A stretch of DNA of 64,000 bases from Auanema rhodensis (GCA_964057225.1 OZ059897.1:13082001-13146000); one strand, 5' to 3'. Counted from the first letter of the stretch, positions 13,295-27,900 are shown. Numbers and translations are program-made. The notes: generated by a model from the letters alone, not told the origin.

Positions 13295-14343
13295 TTTCCT
13301 AAAACATATTTTGAGATTTTTAGAGGTGAAATGCATCGATAACATCAAGAAGGATTTTACCAATTGAAAAAAACAGTATTTCGCTTTATCATATATTATT
13401 AGAGTATATATAATCTTTACAGATAGTAAACTATAAATTTTAAAACGCAGAACTAAGGTTTTGAAAAGGACTTGACCAGTTGGGACATAATTATTGATGT
13501 TTCGATGAAGGCAGACATCAGAAAATAAAATAATACAACAGAATAGAAAATGACCAAATCAGTAAAGAATAAGTGAAGCTAGGCAACAGGTATAACATTG
13601 TGAATAGATGAACATATTGGGTCGTCCCTCTGGTATAGAATGTTTATGAACAGCTCAGACACTTGTGTATAATTACTTTTAGAAGCGCCGTTCCTAGCTC
13701 ACAAATCACAGCACAACGAAAATAGATATACATCTGAACAAGTGCTGAAGTGTATTACAACAAAATAACTTAAAGTTCCTAAGCTGCCAAAGTTTTCTAG
13801 CAAAACATGAACGTGGAGACTTGCAAGCAGAACAAAGGCAAAGAAGCTATAGTCACCGAGACGGTACTAAACCTAGAAAATGAGAAAACTCGGCGACGTG
13901 GTCGCCTGCTTGGGTACGAAATCATGGCAATCACCAACCGCATTTTCATAAGCAGCCACCCAAAACTATTTCCATTTGCCTCTAATAAGGTGGCAGCTTG
14001 AGAATTAAAATGCATTTAGAGTTTAAATATGACTTAGTAATACACATATGAAGCTGACGGCGGTCCAGCCAATATTTTATATACACCGCTTTTAGACAAA
14101 TGCTACAAGTATGGACACTTGGTCTTCTTCTGGGTTGGGAGCAAAATGCTTACCCACATAGAGATACAAGGAAACTGACAATCTGTGGCAAGTATGAATA
14201 TTGTGGGTAGCTATATAGGTAAACAAGAGGTTCTCCTATATGATAACTTCCAAAAAGGCAAGGCGACTAATTGTTAAACTAGTACAAAAGCCGCAAAAGA
14301 AAAAAAGGCACCCATGAGAGGTATTCAGAAGCACTTCTTTGGT

Positions 14344-16886
14344 TTAAGGCAGGTTATCTTCAGTAACATCTTGCTCCTGTTTGATGCGACTACGGTCAAC
14401 TACATCAACTGGTGAATCTTCAACTGGCTGAAAAATATAACATGAAAAGGACATTGAAATAATACAAAACCTCGCAATGAACTACATCAACTCCAGGATT
14501 TGTATCATACAGTGCATTTTGACCTACAGCTTCACCATCTTCGCCTTTGTAAATCTGTAAGTACAATTTTGTAAAAACTAGTAAAAGAGAAAGTAAATAA
14601 ATAAACCTTGTTGTTGTACCCGTCATCTTCTTCTAATCTCATTTGATCTTGTGCAGCAGCATCACGACTGTATTGTATAGCCGATTGAGCTACACTTGTC
14701 ACCTAAATAAGCAGAATAAGAAAAAATATTAGCAAGGATTATATAGACATGAAAGGCATAAGGTCGAGGCAAAGTTAGGCCACAATTCGAGACACATACC
14801 GTGGCTTCAACATGCTGCATGCTAGCTGGAACGCGACGGGTTCGGTTATTCGCCGTCCGTGGAGGAGAATCAGGTGGTGGAGTCACCGGATGAACCTATA
14901 CAAACAGAGTCAGGCTTAAATTCGGGCGAAAGCGAACAAATCTTCATATATATGAAGGAAAAAGCAAAAAAAAAGGGCAAATCGGGCAAAATTTGAAATA
15001 AATACCTGTTGATATGGTTGAGGCTCGTCCTGATTAGAACCAGCTCGGCTTCTACGTCTTGCGTTCATAAAGAAATTTGCCACAGTAGATAAATCTAATC
15101 TCAAATGTTCAGCAATTGTCTGTTGCATTTCTCTTGAAGGACGTTGAGTCTCTTTGAAAATCGCCTTAATCGATGTTAACCTAATTATTTAACATTATAT
15201 ACATACTTGTAAAGTTCGTTTTTGTATGTCAGTGAAAACCAATCTAGGTCTCTTATTAGCTGGAGCATCACCATCTATGCTTCGTCTGTTAGCATGTCGT
15301 ACATTTTGAGCGGGAGTTGGAGGAGTCATTCCCATAGATTTGGATAAGCCATTTACAACATCCTCATTTTCTAAAAAGAAATCATAGTATAACAATATTG
15401 CAATGAAATATTACCATTTCCGTTTTTATACATGTCCAAAATTCCTAAACGCATTGATAATGGCTGTTGAACCCAGTTAAACATTCGGCGAAACGTTTCA
15501 CGTCCAGATTTTAATTTGTTCCAAGGCTTGGGATTCCTGAGCAAGTCAGACAAGGTGCCCTGACTCCTATAGACAATATTATAATTGAAATAAACTTAGT
15601 AATTTCGTTAAACCTGCATAAAATTCTTTCGGCGAATATGGCCTGAGGAATGGAATGTTGTTTGAGTTCATATGCTATACGTTTACACAATTCTTTCGTA
15701 TCAATGTATATATCGTCATCAATCTCAGCGTTTAAAGGATCGTTACTATCTTTTGTTGAATAAATTCTTCTTTCTGAAAGATTTTGAATAACATAAGCTT
15801 TCAAGAAATATATAATACGTTTGGGAGCATAAGCTTGTCTTTGGTAGGCAGCATCACGGTCATCTCCATTAAGCTGACTTCGCACTTCAGAATCTTCATC
15901 GTGTTTGATATTTCCTAATCGCGATGGAATCATAGATCCTGAAGGCGGACCTGAGTAACTATGAGGAGACGGTGATGAGTTCCGCTAAAGAATAAACATA
16001 ATATACAAAAAGCACAAGTAATTAGTTACCTGTTCACCAATTAAACTAGCAATCATCGTACTCGCTAATTCAACATTGCTAACTGCTGGCGGAGTTTCAG
16101 CTTGAGCTATCCTATCTAAATCTTGTTGTTGCATAGATAATTGAGATCCCATCATCATATGATGCGAGCCATCAAGAGTATCAGGCTCTTCCTGGAACAT
16201 TTACATATGGAGAATGTTTTAAAATTATGTTATGTTACCTTAATAAAAACTGAAGAGCGACTGAAATCACTACCAGCGTGAGTTCTCCGAGCATCCATAT
16301 GTAGGGGAGATAATAAACCGGCGGGTCCGTTGCCAAAACTGTATATATTTTGTTTAAGAATTCATAAAATAGTTAATTACCTTGTTTTATCAATACTCGA
16401 GTACTGACTTGGCAGTCCCATTAACCCAAAGCTACTACTAAACAAATAAACGGTTAATATAATTATAGAAAAAAAATGCCTTTGATCAGAAGCCATGCTC
16501 ATTGGAGCTAACGGTGCAAGTTGAGGACTAGAAGAGTGATCATTTATCATCACCGATGTAGCCGGAGCTGAGGATTGTTGAGGACTGATTTGTTCGAGGA
16601 AATTCTCTGGGAGATCATCGAAATTTCTTGAGTTATTAATGAATGTACTGGACGGGTCAATTTGAAGATAATCAGCCCTTCGTGGCTTTTCTCTATAAAA
16701 ACAACAATATACATTTAAACCGTAAAATACAAAGAAAAGAAGTTTGGATACGGTAACAAAAGGGGAGTGGCAACACAATTAGATGCGAAAATTCTATTGA
16801 GCTTAATCTATGAATTAGGAAACTAACCCGTTCGACGATCCCATCGATGTAACTGTGCTACAAGCTGTTACAGATGTGGGTTCCAT
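14344..16886 (-). CDS. ceh-38: ONECUT-class CUT + homeodomain transcription factor
   Basis: CUT domain DTKELCKRIAYELKQHSIPQAIFAERILCRSQGTLSDLLRNPKPWNKLKSGRETFRRM. Homeodomain KRPRLVFTDIQKRTLQAIFKETQRPSREMQQTIAEHLRLDLSTVANFFMNARRR carries the ONECUT F48/M50 signature. The ceh-38 assignment rests on recalled sequence and adjacency to malt-1. Confidence 0.9.
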
Positions 16887-17490
16887 ATCGTAGCAGATTC
16901 ATACGAATCGTCGTTTAAGCTATTATTACGATACAACCAACTTTTGATGGACGCCTAAAAAAACTAAAAAACTATAAGTATCGAAAATCTATAAATATCA
17001 GTATATAAATTTGAATTTTTTTCAAGCTTATAAATAGCATAAATCAATTAAGTTAATTTTAAAAATTGAAAAATATTGATTGATCGACAGAAATTGATTT
17101 TTCTGGCTAAAGCAGAACCTGCAAATTGTGTACATTGTTTGGAACGCCCTGCGTTCTCTGACGCGATGCTTCTCTGCGCTCTGACCTTCGAAAGCACGCA
17201 TAGCAAAAGATACTCAGTAAACGCCCAATGCGAATGCTAAGCAGCCTCAGCCAAGAATCCATTTTATCTCGATTACGGTATTGGCAAAGTGCCACACTAG
17301 GTTTATTTGCTCAAGCTTCTCCTTTTGATTGAGAAATAATAATAGTATTCCTTGGTTGTTTTGTTATTTGAAATAATAGAAACTTCTTTGAATTTCGTTT
17401 TGTTTCAACTTTTGTTCTAAGTTTTAAATAAAAATTGAAAATGAAATAGAATATAACTTATAGGTAGTTAAATCATATTGTAAACAACAC
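16887..17490. promoter_or_regulatory. Divergent (bidirectional) promoter region of ceh-38 and malt-1
   Basis: The two ATGs are head-to-head ~600 nt apart. A GC-richer core at ~17140-17300 contains CTGCGTTCTCT and TCTCTGCGCTCT motifs. Confidence 0.6.
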
Positions 17491-19987
17491 ATGCTTGCAT
17501 TGAACACGAATTTAGCTGATTTACCATCAAGTGTACTTCCAAATTTATCTGCATGTTTATCTGCCAATGATTTGTGGTTAAAAATTATCGATACTGACAG
17601 AAGGAGCACATTCTATTTGAGGTATTCTCAACATTGTATTTTGTTGGTGGCGTAACAATTTTTTTTAAAATTCAGTCCTGAAGACATTGATAAACATAAA
17701 AGATTTGATAATTCGGGGGAGTCTTTACTCCGCACATGGGGCAATAGAGGAAATACTGTTCTTGATTTTTGTAAACGCTTGCAGGTATACATAATTCAGT
17801 CTTCGTGAAGATATGAGGTTAACTTATGCTAATTAAGGAGCTATCCCAACAATATGGAGGACTCATGGATCCACCTCAGCTTATGCTATATCGTAAATTC
17901 AGTAATAATTTGTTTTTTCCTACTGGCGTAAACTAACTTCTCAACAGAATCTTTAAAATGGGGGAGGCCTGAGGAAATACAGGTCTCTGTAGTAAATAAT
18001 GGAAAGGATATAGCCCTACGGTCAACAGCTGTTGGGTTCCCATTCCCCTCATTTGAATGGTACAAGGATATGCAAAAGATAGAACATGCGAATTCTAATG
18101 TTTTAATCATTAGAAGGTTGGTATTCATCATCTAGTAAAAATAGAGTTAAGGCTTATATAGGTGTCAATGCTTCACTAATGTTGAATTTACTTGTAAAGC
18201 TATGAATGTAGTTGAGGAGGGAGAAACCTATTCTTATTTTTATCGTAAAAACTCGAAACAATTTGAATCCGAAATAATGTCTGGTCCCGTAACTGTTAAA
18301 CATTTAGTGGAGGATTCAATGAGTAAGCTTTGAGTGTTTTTTTATTAGTATTATACGATGGCAATTAGAATGCTCAATATGTCAGCAAGAAGAAGAGCTC
18401 ATTGCCGCTGATAAAGTTGCTTTAATTATATCTAACTGTGTATATAAGGAATTACCGGAACTTCTAACTCCTAGATGTGATGCTGAGACTTTAGCTGGAG
18501 CTCTTCAGGTTTGTAATAATTAATTTGTCAATATTTTAAATCTTTTAAGGAGTTGAAATTCAAAACTATGACCTTAGCAGATTTAAATTTGAGCGAGATG
18601 AAGATGATGGTCAAGCAGTATACTAGGCTTCTTGGAACTGGTGTGTACGGTGAGTTATACCTGAGGAGAGTTTAATAACTAACCTTTGTTATAGCTGTTT
18701 TCTACTTTGTTGGTCATGGTTTCGAAGTTAATGGCCAATGCTATCTTTTACCCGTCGATGCACCCAAAGAACCTCATCATCCAGATAATTGTTTATCAGT
18801 TGATTGGATTCTAGCTGAATTCGCTCCATATAATCCCTCACTAAATTTGTTACTTCTAGATGTGTGCAGAAAATATATTCCGTACGTCGAAAAGAATATA
18901 ATATTGATAATTTAGAAAATTTAGAATTGACTGTGTTGGACCCTTCATCCAGTATGCCGAATATTTCAAAAATAAAAAAAGACCTAACCGAAATACGGTA
19001 TATGGGTTCTCAACTAGTGATGGTATTGGGGCATATGAGGTGATGCATTTATTCATCTTCTTCATATTGATTTTCGCTTTCTATTCAGATTCGAGGTGAT
19101 GTGAATGGAGTTTTTATGAAATACTTGAAAAATCATGTGAAAAAACCAATTTCGGTTGTCGAAATGATGAATCACGTTCTCCGAGGTGTTTTGACATTTT
19201 AAAAATAAAATAACTTTTTAAATGAAGATATCGAAGAAGATAGTAAAGTGTGTGATTATCAAGTTCCTGAATTGAGATCGACTATCACACGACCTAAAAG
19301 CTTAGCAGATCCTTTGGAATATTCTGGCCATACTATTTCATTTACACATCATACAGGACACTGGAGGCTAATGCATGGTGAATTTTTTTTCTTCACATTA
19401 ATTATATTTTTTTTATTGATAGAATTGCCTACGCCTATAACAGTGAATTTCTTCGAACATAATCTTTCTGTTACAATCTGGGTAGACTTTTGCGGTCATT
19501 TTACTAATCTTGTAAGGAAGTTCTACTATAATCCTCAAATAACTTCCTGTTGTAGGCTTTTGTCTTTTCATCTGTTGGGGATATTGTGGGAGATCTTGAT
19601 GATAACGAGGAAAGACGATTATCAGAAAAAGCTTTGAATCATCGAGCTTTTCTTCAATTCCCTCCGGTTTGTTTTTCGATGATGAAATTTTCAATTATAC
19701 CAATAACACGTTTGGAAGTTTTAATTTGTTTTTCAGGAATTACACATTTCCAATCAACGCATTCTCGAAGTTGCCGAAGAAGGAGTTACCATACGTTGTA
19801 TGCTATCTAATCTTCAACGATGCAACGTTTGACACCACTTTTGTATGAAATTTGTTATATTTTCTTTCAGGGTCTTGTAACATGCAAAATTCAATTGAAA
19901 CATAAAGATGATCTAAATCAAACAGTTGCTGAAGCTGATGCTGTGCTGGGTCACGTTTTAATAACAAAGCTTCAACTAGTCACTTAA
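17491..19987 (+). CDS. malt-1: Paracaspase MALT1 (death domain, Ig domain, caspase-like domain, C-terminal Ig-like domain)
   Basis: Motifs include MLALNTNLADLP.., LLRTWGNRG, AVGFPFPSFEWYK, ADKVALIISNCVY, AVFYFVGHGFE (catalytic His), LLLLDVCRK (catalytic Cys) and QVPELRSTI, ending LGHVLITKLQLVT*. Confidence 0.93.
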
Positions 19988-22900
19988 ATTAATATTTGTA
20001 AATATGAGAGAATTAAATTAATAAAAAATGATTTCTTTTCTTGTGAATATGTTCTCCGTGTATGAAAAACAGAGCAATAGTTTTTAACATCACTTAAACA
20101 ATTCCAAGGACATGAGCAACAAGCTACTTGTCGGATATTGTCAATGCTTATTTGGTTTGAAGCTGTGTGGCCGCTGTGTGGATCGATGTGCGGTTGTGGT
20201 GTGGTGGGCAAAGGAGGTTGACAACAACATAGCTTTACTTGGTCATGATAATTGCCTTCCTAGCCTTGTGTTCCTGCCTGTCCTTTTCCTATTTCAATTA
20301 CTACTAATTAGTGCCTAACTGCAGTTTTATATCATTTTCAAATTTGATCCAACTGTCACAAGACGCACTCAATTACCGCACTTTATGCTATCAACACCCT
20401 CTTATGTCTCTTACTCACCTAACTGGACGAAATTACTCAGGCGGAATTACTGAAGTTTATTGGTAGATGTTGAATCGCAGAAATGATGACAAAGTAAGGC
20501 AAAGGTAGCCAAAACCATGCTTTTTTCTAGTTCGACAACGATATTTTGTTCAAACTCAAGTTGTGATTGATGGCTTTTTTTTACCGCCAGAAGTTTCCCA
20601 TGAGTCGTTTGTGAGCTAGCTTTTATTTGACTGCTTAGCCTATCTAACTTTGACTCTTGTCACTACATATATAGCAGCGAGATATTCGCATGTCAATGTT
20701 TTTTCTAGTTCAGAATCAAAAAAATTCTAGCTACTAGCTCCGTGCTTTTTCTCTTCCTTTTATTAGTTAGTATACAAGTGTTTTTAGAGGAATCTTTTTA
20801 AGCTTACAAGCATGCATAGCTAACCATTTTTCATCGCAGATACTGAATCGAATTGGCCTGTTTTTATACGAACATGTCATTTTACTTGTTGTCATTTCGT
20901 TATATTTATCTCTCTTTACTCCTAATAACACTTCTTAGTTTTTTTTGAAAAATATATGTTGGAAATTCAGTTATTTTAGTTATGAAGGTTAGATTTTGCG
21001 CAGTTGTTGGCCCTCTTAAAGTTATTTATATATTAAACAATATATTTTAATTCTTTGTATACACTTTATATAAATTTTTGAAAATATGATTAAAAGACTA
21101 GCCGTTTTCTTTGAAAAGTTAAGGAATTCTCGAAGGTGAAATTTTTTAGATATAAGAAAAAAAAAGGATAAAGAGGATAGAGTTGAGAGAAAGAGGAAAG
21201 AGAAATAAAGAAAAAGAAGAGAGATGTAAGATAGATAGAGAGCCCTAATTAAAATCGAATACGAATAGGCTCGTCTGCGTTTCTCTCTTTAGGCTTTGTA
21301 TGGCATGGGCAGTACGAAGCAATGAATGTGTATGCAGATATGTGTGCTTTTGGTGTGTATGTGCCGTCGTAATCGTCACGGTAATCGTCTACTTTGCAAA
21401 AACCTTGATTTGAAATTGAAATGTTTAAGAAGCTTATTCTATTTATTAAGAGGAAAGAAGCTTTAAATAGAGGTAATTATATTATTTTCATAATTTCTCC
21501 GAAAATTAGCTTCATTTCCGTTAAACTGGTGGCCATGCCGCATTCCCTGAAAAAATGACAATAATAACTTGAACAGGGAAGCAAACCTCAATAATTGAGA
21601 ATAACTTTTTGTTATTTTTAAATTTTTCAATGCATTCATCAAAGTTTCTATTTTCGTATCACTATAAATTGGCCTTACACTGCATTAAAAGCCAATGTTT
21701 TATATCTTGTACCTATGTTGACCACGGAACACAAACTTCACGTGTAAATTAACATAAAGCTGAGATTGACGTGAAGTTTGCATTTGTCATTTTGCGGTTT
21801 TAAGATAATTGGTTGCATTTAATTTTTTTCTTGCTGAGTGCTTTTAGTTTCGTATTCAACTTTTTTTTTACTTTTTTAATTACTATTTTTGTTATTAGAA
21901 ACACTCAATAAATACATTTATATAAATATACATAAAAGTATAAAAAATATATATTTATATACAAAAAATATATTTTATATGGCAAATTTTTGCCATTTAT
22001 CATTAATTCGTACAATAATCTCACTAGAGGGCATTTTTCAAATGTCCATTGCTTTTCCCACTATGATTCTTATGTCATTCAACCATTTCATTCACTTTTT
22101 TTTCGAGTCCATTATGAGTTTTAAATTCTAATTACGCCAATCCTATGTTTCCGTCGAGTTCAGAGAGTACGACAACGACGACGCCTATGAGAGATGTTCC
22201 ATGAATACATACTACATGCCTATATGGCTCCACACACCATGCATGGAAGTAGATCGCAAGAAGAAAGATGAAGCAGATTTGAGAGAAACAGAGCTTCTCC
22301 TTTTCTTTTCTGCTTCTTTTCTGCTCGTCGTAGCCTACTAACAGCCAGGCATGATGCAATTTCTTCATTGATTCTCTCAACGTTCATTTCTTATTTCCTA
22401 ACCGCCATATAAAATTGTTAACCGTTCTGCTATCCGCTGTCATCTGCTTGAATACGTATATAGATGCTTTTATCTAAACATTTTATGATGAGATTCAGTT
22501 GATCTTTACAATTGGTTTAGTTTCAGTTTGATACGTTGATCCATACATTTTGTGATTGCTAATTTTGAAAATTGGATATCAAACATGTATAACTTCTCAA
22601 TATTTATTTGGCAACTACCAAATCTACTATTCTTATCAGAAATCTAATTTTTTCGTATTTTTAGACAAGTTGATGTCAAAATGCAGACACCACTATTTTC
22701 TTTTCCATAGCCAAACAAAAAAAAATGAAAAGAAAGGCAAGATATTTGATGTTGAGAAATGAGAATAAATACATTGATATCTATACATATACGTATGTTG
22801 TCACTATTATATAGTAAATTATTTGAGTTTCTTTTTTGCATTAAATCTCAAAAATAGTTGTAACTTCAATTTTCTAGTATTGGGTTAATGTTTTTTTCGT

Positions 22901-24921
22901 ATTATTCAGTTCTTTTTTTCTCGAGCTTCTTTTGTTTTCATGAAACTGCATTTTCTGAATAAATTCATTTTCCATTTGCCCGTTAACTTTTTTTTTAACT
23001 TATGAAACAGAAATCTTTTTTAATGCTGTATTTTAATATCATTTAAATGTTTTTTTTTTCAAACATTAAAAATGTCTTTAAAATATATTATTTGATATAA
23101 TATTATATGAGCATACATTGTATTGAAGGCGTTTTTTTTACTCATTTTCCTGCCTTTTTTTTTTGGTTTATATGAGTTACTCATATAAGTCATTGAAGGA
23201 TTAACTACAAACTAATATGATATTCATTTCATTTTATGACTCCTTATTCATATCTATTGTATTGATTATAACCATATAATTTAAATGAATATTAATATAA
23301 TATGTTATCATAAATATCTTTTCGTAAAATCCATCTGTTTTCTCACTTATTCGAGAATATAATCGTTATTCTACTTCTATTTCACTCGTTTTCTTATTCT
23401 TTCTATTCATTTTTCCATATCTTACTTCCTTTTTAGGTTTTTTTACTTTATAGAATAATGCTTTTATAGTTCATTCTTTTGAGAATCATAAAACTATTAA
23501 ATGTACTACTATAAAGGTTTTTCTTTAGTTTTATTTAAACTATTTTTAAAAATATAATAATAGTTATATATATATATATATACAACTTAAATTATTCTAT
23601 ATATATATTTATAAACTTTGTTTAACTTTTTGTTTACCATTTCTCTATTTTTTCTAAATCTTCAAGACTTCCAAATTACTGCTCTTTGAATGTAAAAACT
23701 TAATCATATTAGCAGCTAATGGTCTATTCAGTCCTATGATGTCGTTCTTTGACACTCTTAGAAAATCCGCTGAACTCGTGTCAATCGTTGTCATTCTCAT
23801 GTTTTTCGTATACTTTCTACTCTACATACCAAGCTTTAATCTTCTTTTATCTTCAAATCCTTCTCTTGGAAAATCTTCTTATTTCCTATTTCATACCTGG
23901 GCTTCCTTATCGGCTTCTAATCCCTTCTCTTCTTTCACCATATGATATACATGATAGTTTATGATATAACCAATATTCGTTAACATACTCTGTTTTATTT
24001 TAAAATATAAAAAAAAATTTTTTACTTAATAAGAGTTGTTATGATTTTCTAAAATTTATTTTATTTTGCAACTTGTCTTCTATTCTTTTTTAACTGCTCT
24101 TTGTTCATCTCATGGATATAACAAATTTCTTTCATATAATCTACTATTATTATTTTGTTTTTATAATTTTCTCTTTCAGTCAATAATTCTCTGCCGTCTC
24201 ATATCTTTTTCTATATTTTTATTTTTGCTCAAGCTATCTGCATCTGCTCTTTATATCTCTTTCCTTTTTAATTTCCTTAATCATTACGTTTTTAAAAAAT
24301 TTAAATAGGATTGATGTTAATGTTTCTAGCAATCTGATGCTATAATCAATTTTCTTACTTTTTTATATTTTCATTTGAGCCATATCTAAGCAACACCTAA
24401 CAACTTGTTAATGGAATTTCCTTATACGTATATATCTTGGAAGTCAATATAATTGCGTTCGTTTGCCCAACTTGGCGTGATTCGCATTCATTTACAAACC
24501 AATTGACTTTTACATTAGAAGAACTAATCTTTCTTTTTTTTTCATCTAACTATTATTGAAAAGTGTTCTTTCGTATATTTTACTAGTGGTATAATCTCTT
24601 CATTTCATCCGTTATTTCATTGATAATCTTAACTGCTTTGAGCTCCATCTTTTGATAATTTGGTGCCTCCTCTTCCTCTGCTTATTTCTGCTAGCCTTTT
24701 CGCATGTTCCAAAATTCATGATTCTAGTTTGACAAGAAATTTTGATTTCAAATAGAAAACTTGGTGACTCAATCAGTTATTTATGGAACTTTCAATATTT
24801 ATATTTGACACTGATATTCTGATGTCAATAGCTATTAGTTTTATTTTTTTGTTCCTTCAAGATATTGTTTTGTCTTTCTTCTATTCTTACATTGATGTCT
24901 TGAACAAATTTTAAATATTAG

Positions 24922-27900
24922 ATGTCAATGCGATATCACGATTCACATGAATTTGATGATGATGATGACGATGAAGATGAATTGGAGCTCACTTTAATAA
25001 AGGTTTATTTTTCTTATTAATATTATTTTAAATAAAATATATTTTGTATTGAATTCTTTAATTCTTTTTATATATTCATCTTGCTATTGCATTTAGTCTC
25101 GTTCGGAAGCTTCAAGCCCCTGGGGTCATCCTATCATCCCAACAACTAGTAAAGAAAAGCGGGAGAATGATGAAGATTCTGATGCGGATAGGTATATACA
25201 TAAGAAATCACAGATTATCTTAAATACAATTATGTAGTGACGCTGAATTTGCTGTACATCCTATTCTTCGAAGTTTAATTAAAAGTAAATCAGCGTACAC
25301 TGTACCAATTACATCTAAATCAAATATGAGGAGCAGTAAAACAACATTCGAGGTATATTTGATTCAAAAAAAAAACTTTAAAAATAAATTTCAAAGTATT
25401 TTCCATTTGTTCTTCATTTAAGATGAATTTATCGAAAATGTGGGCGTCAACTAATGAAAGCATTTTAACTGAAAACGAAGCTCCAGTTGTCAATTGTTCT
25501 ACAATTCGTCTGGAAGAGAAATGGCCAGAGCCTGAAGATGATGTTGTAGCCGATACAAAAGAGAAGAAAGGAACCGACAAAGTATTATATAATCATTTAG
25601 TTAATATATTTGTTTTATTTTCAGTTGTTTAAGCCGTCTGGTTGTTGGTCATCTCCTCCCAATGTTGTGATGGATGACAATATTTCAATAACTTCGTATG
25701 ATTCTAGTATGTTTTTCATTTCTTGAATATTTTTTTGAAGTATTACATATATATATTTTGTTATATTTTGCATATTTAAGCTCAACAAGAAAGAATAAGC
25801 TGTTGGTCGGCACCAGAATATGGTGATAACGATGATACTGAGTTTGATGATGACGATGACGACGATGATGATGTAAATGATGATGTGATTGTCGAAGTAG
25901 AAGAAGATGAGCATGGTGTTTATGAACAAGATGAGAATTTGGACCCTCTCATCTATCAGCCTCATCTGCTCTTTTCAACAAGCTATCCTGTTATTGAAAC
26001 TCCTGATCCGGGTATGTTAGCCAAAAGCTCGTGATGATTGCCCGAATATTTTCAACAAAAAAATGCTTTTTACTCAACAAGTTTAAGCTAAAGAGATAGA
26101 GATAGTTGAACACAACCATTCCTTCTGCCTATTCTATTGAAGAACTCTTGAAATGTCCATAAATCAATAGTAACTTCTGAATATTTCATTAAACTAAGTG
26201 ACGACAAAATGTCACAAACTATTAGGAAAGGCTAGTTAGTTTTACATAAATATATGTATAATAATATAAAAATATTAATATATTATATATTTTGTCTAAG
26301 CTATTTTGTTGTTCAGATCTCTACATATTTACATGAAAGTATGCGATTTTCTACTATCAATATTTTAGATATTGTGAAAATACGCGAAAGAACAAATCCA
26401 GCCTTTTTTTTTTGTGAAATCCTACCAAACATTTCTGACAAAAACTATAGTTTTCTATAGTTTTATGTTAACATCATGTCTTGATTCATTTTGCTTCAAC
26501 TTTTATACTAATATTGTTTAATTTTATTTTTATAATTAGAGAATAGTTCTTAGACACAAAAATAGATTTGATAGCTAAATTTGGACTTTTCTGTTTTATT
26601 TTACAGTTTTGAACAAATATCTAAGGCTATTTCAACTTTATAACAGCGTATTTGATCATTTTAAGAGTTGATGCGACTATTTGTTAACTTTATGGTTGAA
26701 CATGCTTAGCTAATTATTCTAAATTAGAACTTGAGCTTGAGAAACCTAAAGTTAAATCTCACTCTATTTGACATTTTTTTGCAACTTTTTACTATTTAAT
26801 ATGTAAAAAAATTCTTTTGAATATATTGTATTCATAATTGAATTAGTTATAATTCTACAATCTATTTTTAAAAGTTCTCAGAAAGCTCAATTCACTCTAC
26901 GGAAAAAGTCTAAAAAGGCTTCTACAAGGTAACTTGAGAAGTAGCATTTTTGAAATGGGAGATAGCCACGCCTTCTGGAATATACTAAGTATTACTCAGT
27001 CAGTGCTATTCTGATTCACATGGCTAGGTACAAACATATATTTTCTGAAAAAAAAATTATTCAATTTTTCCTTCTAATTTGAATAGTTAATAATATTTTT
27101 CTAAACATTTCTATAAGCATAAGGTCACTCTGCTTTTTATTCTTTTCTCAACTTAGTAATGTATATTAAAATAATTATCAAATAATAATACTATAGTATA
27201 TTTGAACTTTGATTATATTTATATGATTAAGTTAAAATTATAATTGAATTTTACAGTATCTTCGTTGTGTTCTATACGACTGCCATCAAGCTCTGGATCA
27301 GTGCCATCGCCATCTCCTCCTCGACCTCTTTCTCCTGTTCTAGGAAAGCCTGGTATATTATTCGAATTCTTTCAATTTAATTTTCAATTCGAATATATTT
27401 TTCATTTTTGACATGATTTACAATTAATTCTTGATTTGTCATCAAGTTACACTATCAATGGCTTAAATGGAAATTCAATTTTTAAAAAAAAATTAAGTCG
27501 CCTTAATTCGTGTCAAACCAATGAAATCGTCGGAAACATAATATTGAGCATAGAGATAGATGAAATAGAGAAAAAGAAAAGAAATGAAGAAGAATGAGAT
27601 AGATGAAGCCCAATAGGAATGACCTTCGATAATGTAAGAAGACGAAGAAGAAAAAGAAGATGAGCTAGTGTAGAAAAGAAAAGAGGAAAGGAGCGTAAAG
27701 GAGAGTAAGTGGTAAAACAACTACTGGTTGTAGTTTTCGTATCCTATTGAGTTTGTGGCTTGTTTAGACCATAGAAACGAACACCGTTTTGTCTTGGTCT
27801 TCTCTATATGTCAGCTCATCTCAACCTTGTTCTTTCTTTTTCATCCATTTAGTTGTCAGCAAATTCTATACACCCTGTTGACTATTTCATTCAACTTGTA

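Noticed and set aside
19984-20318. Overlapping ORFs downstream of malt-1
   Set aside because: No splice partners or recognisable product; the composition is explained by TGTGG repeats.
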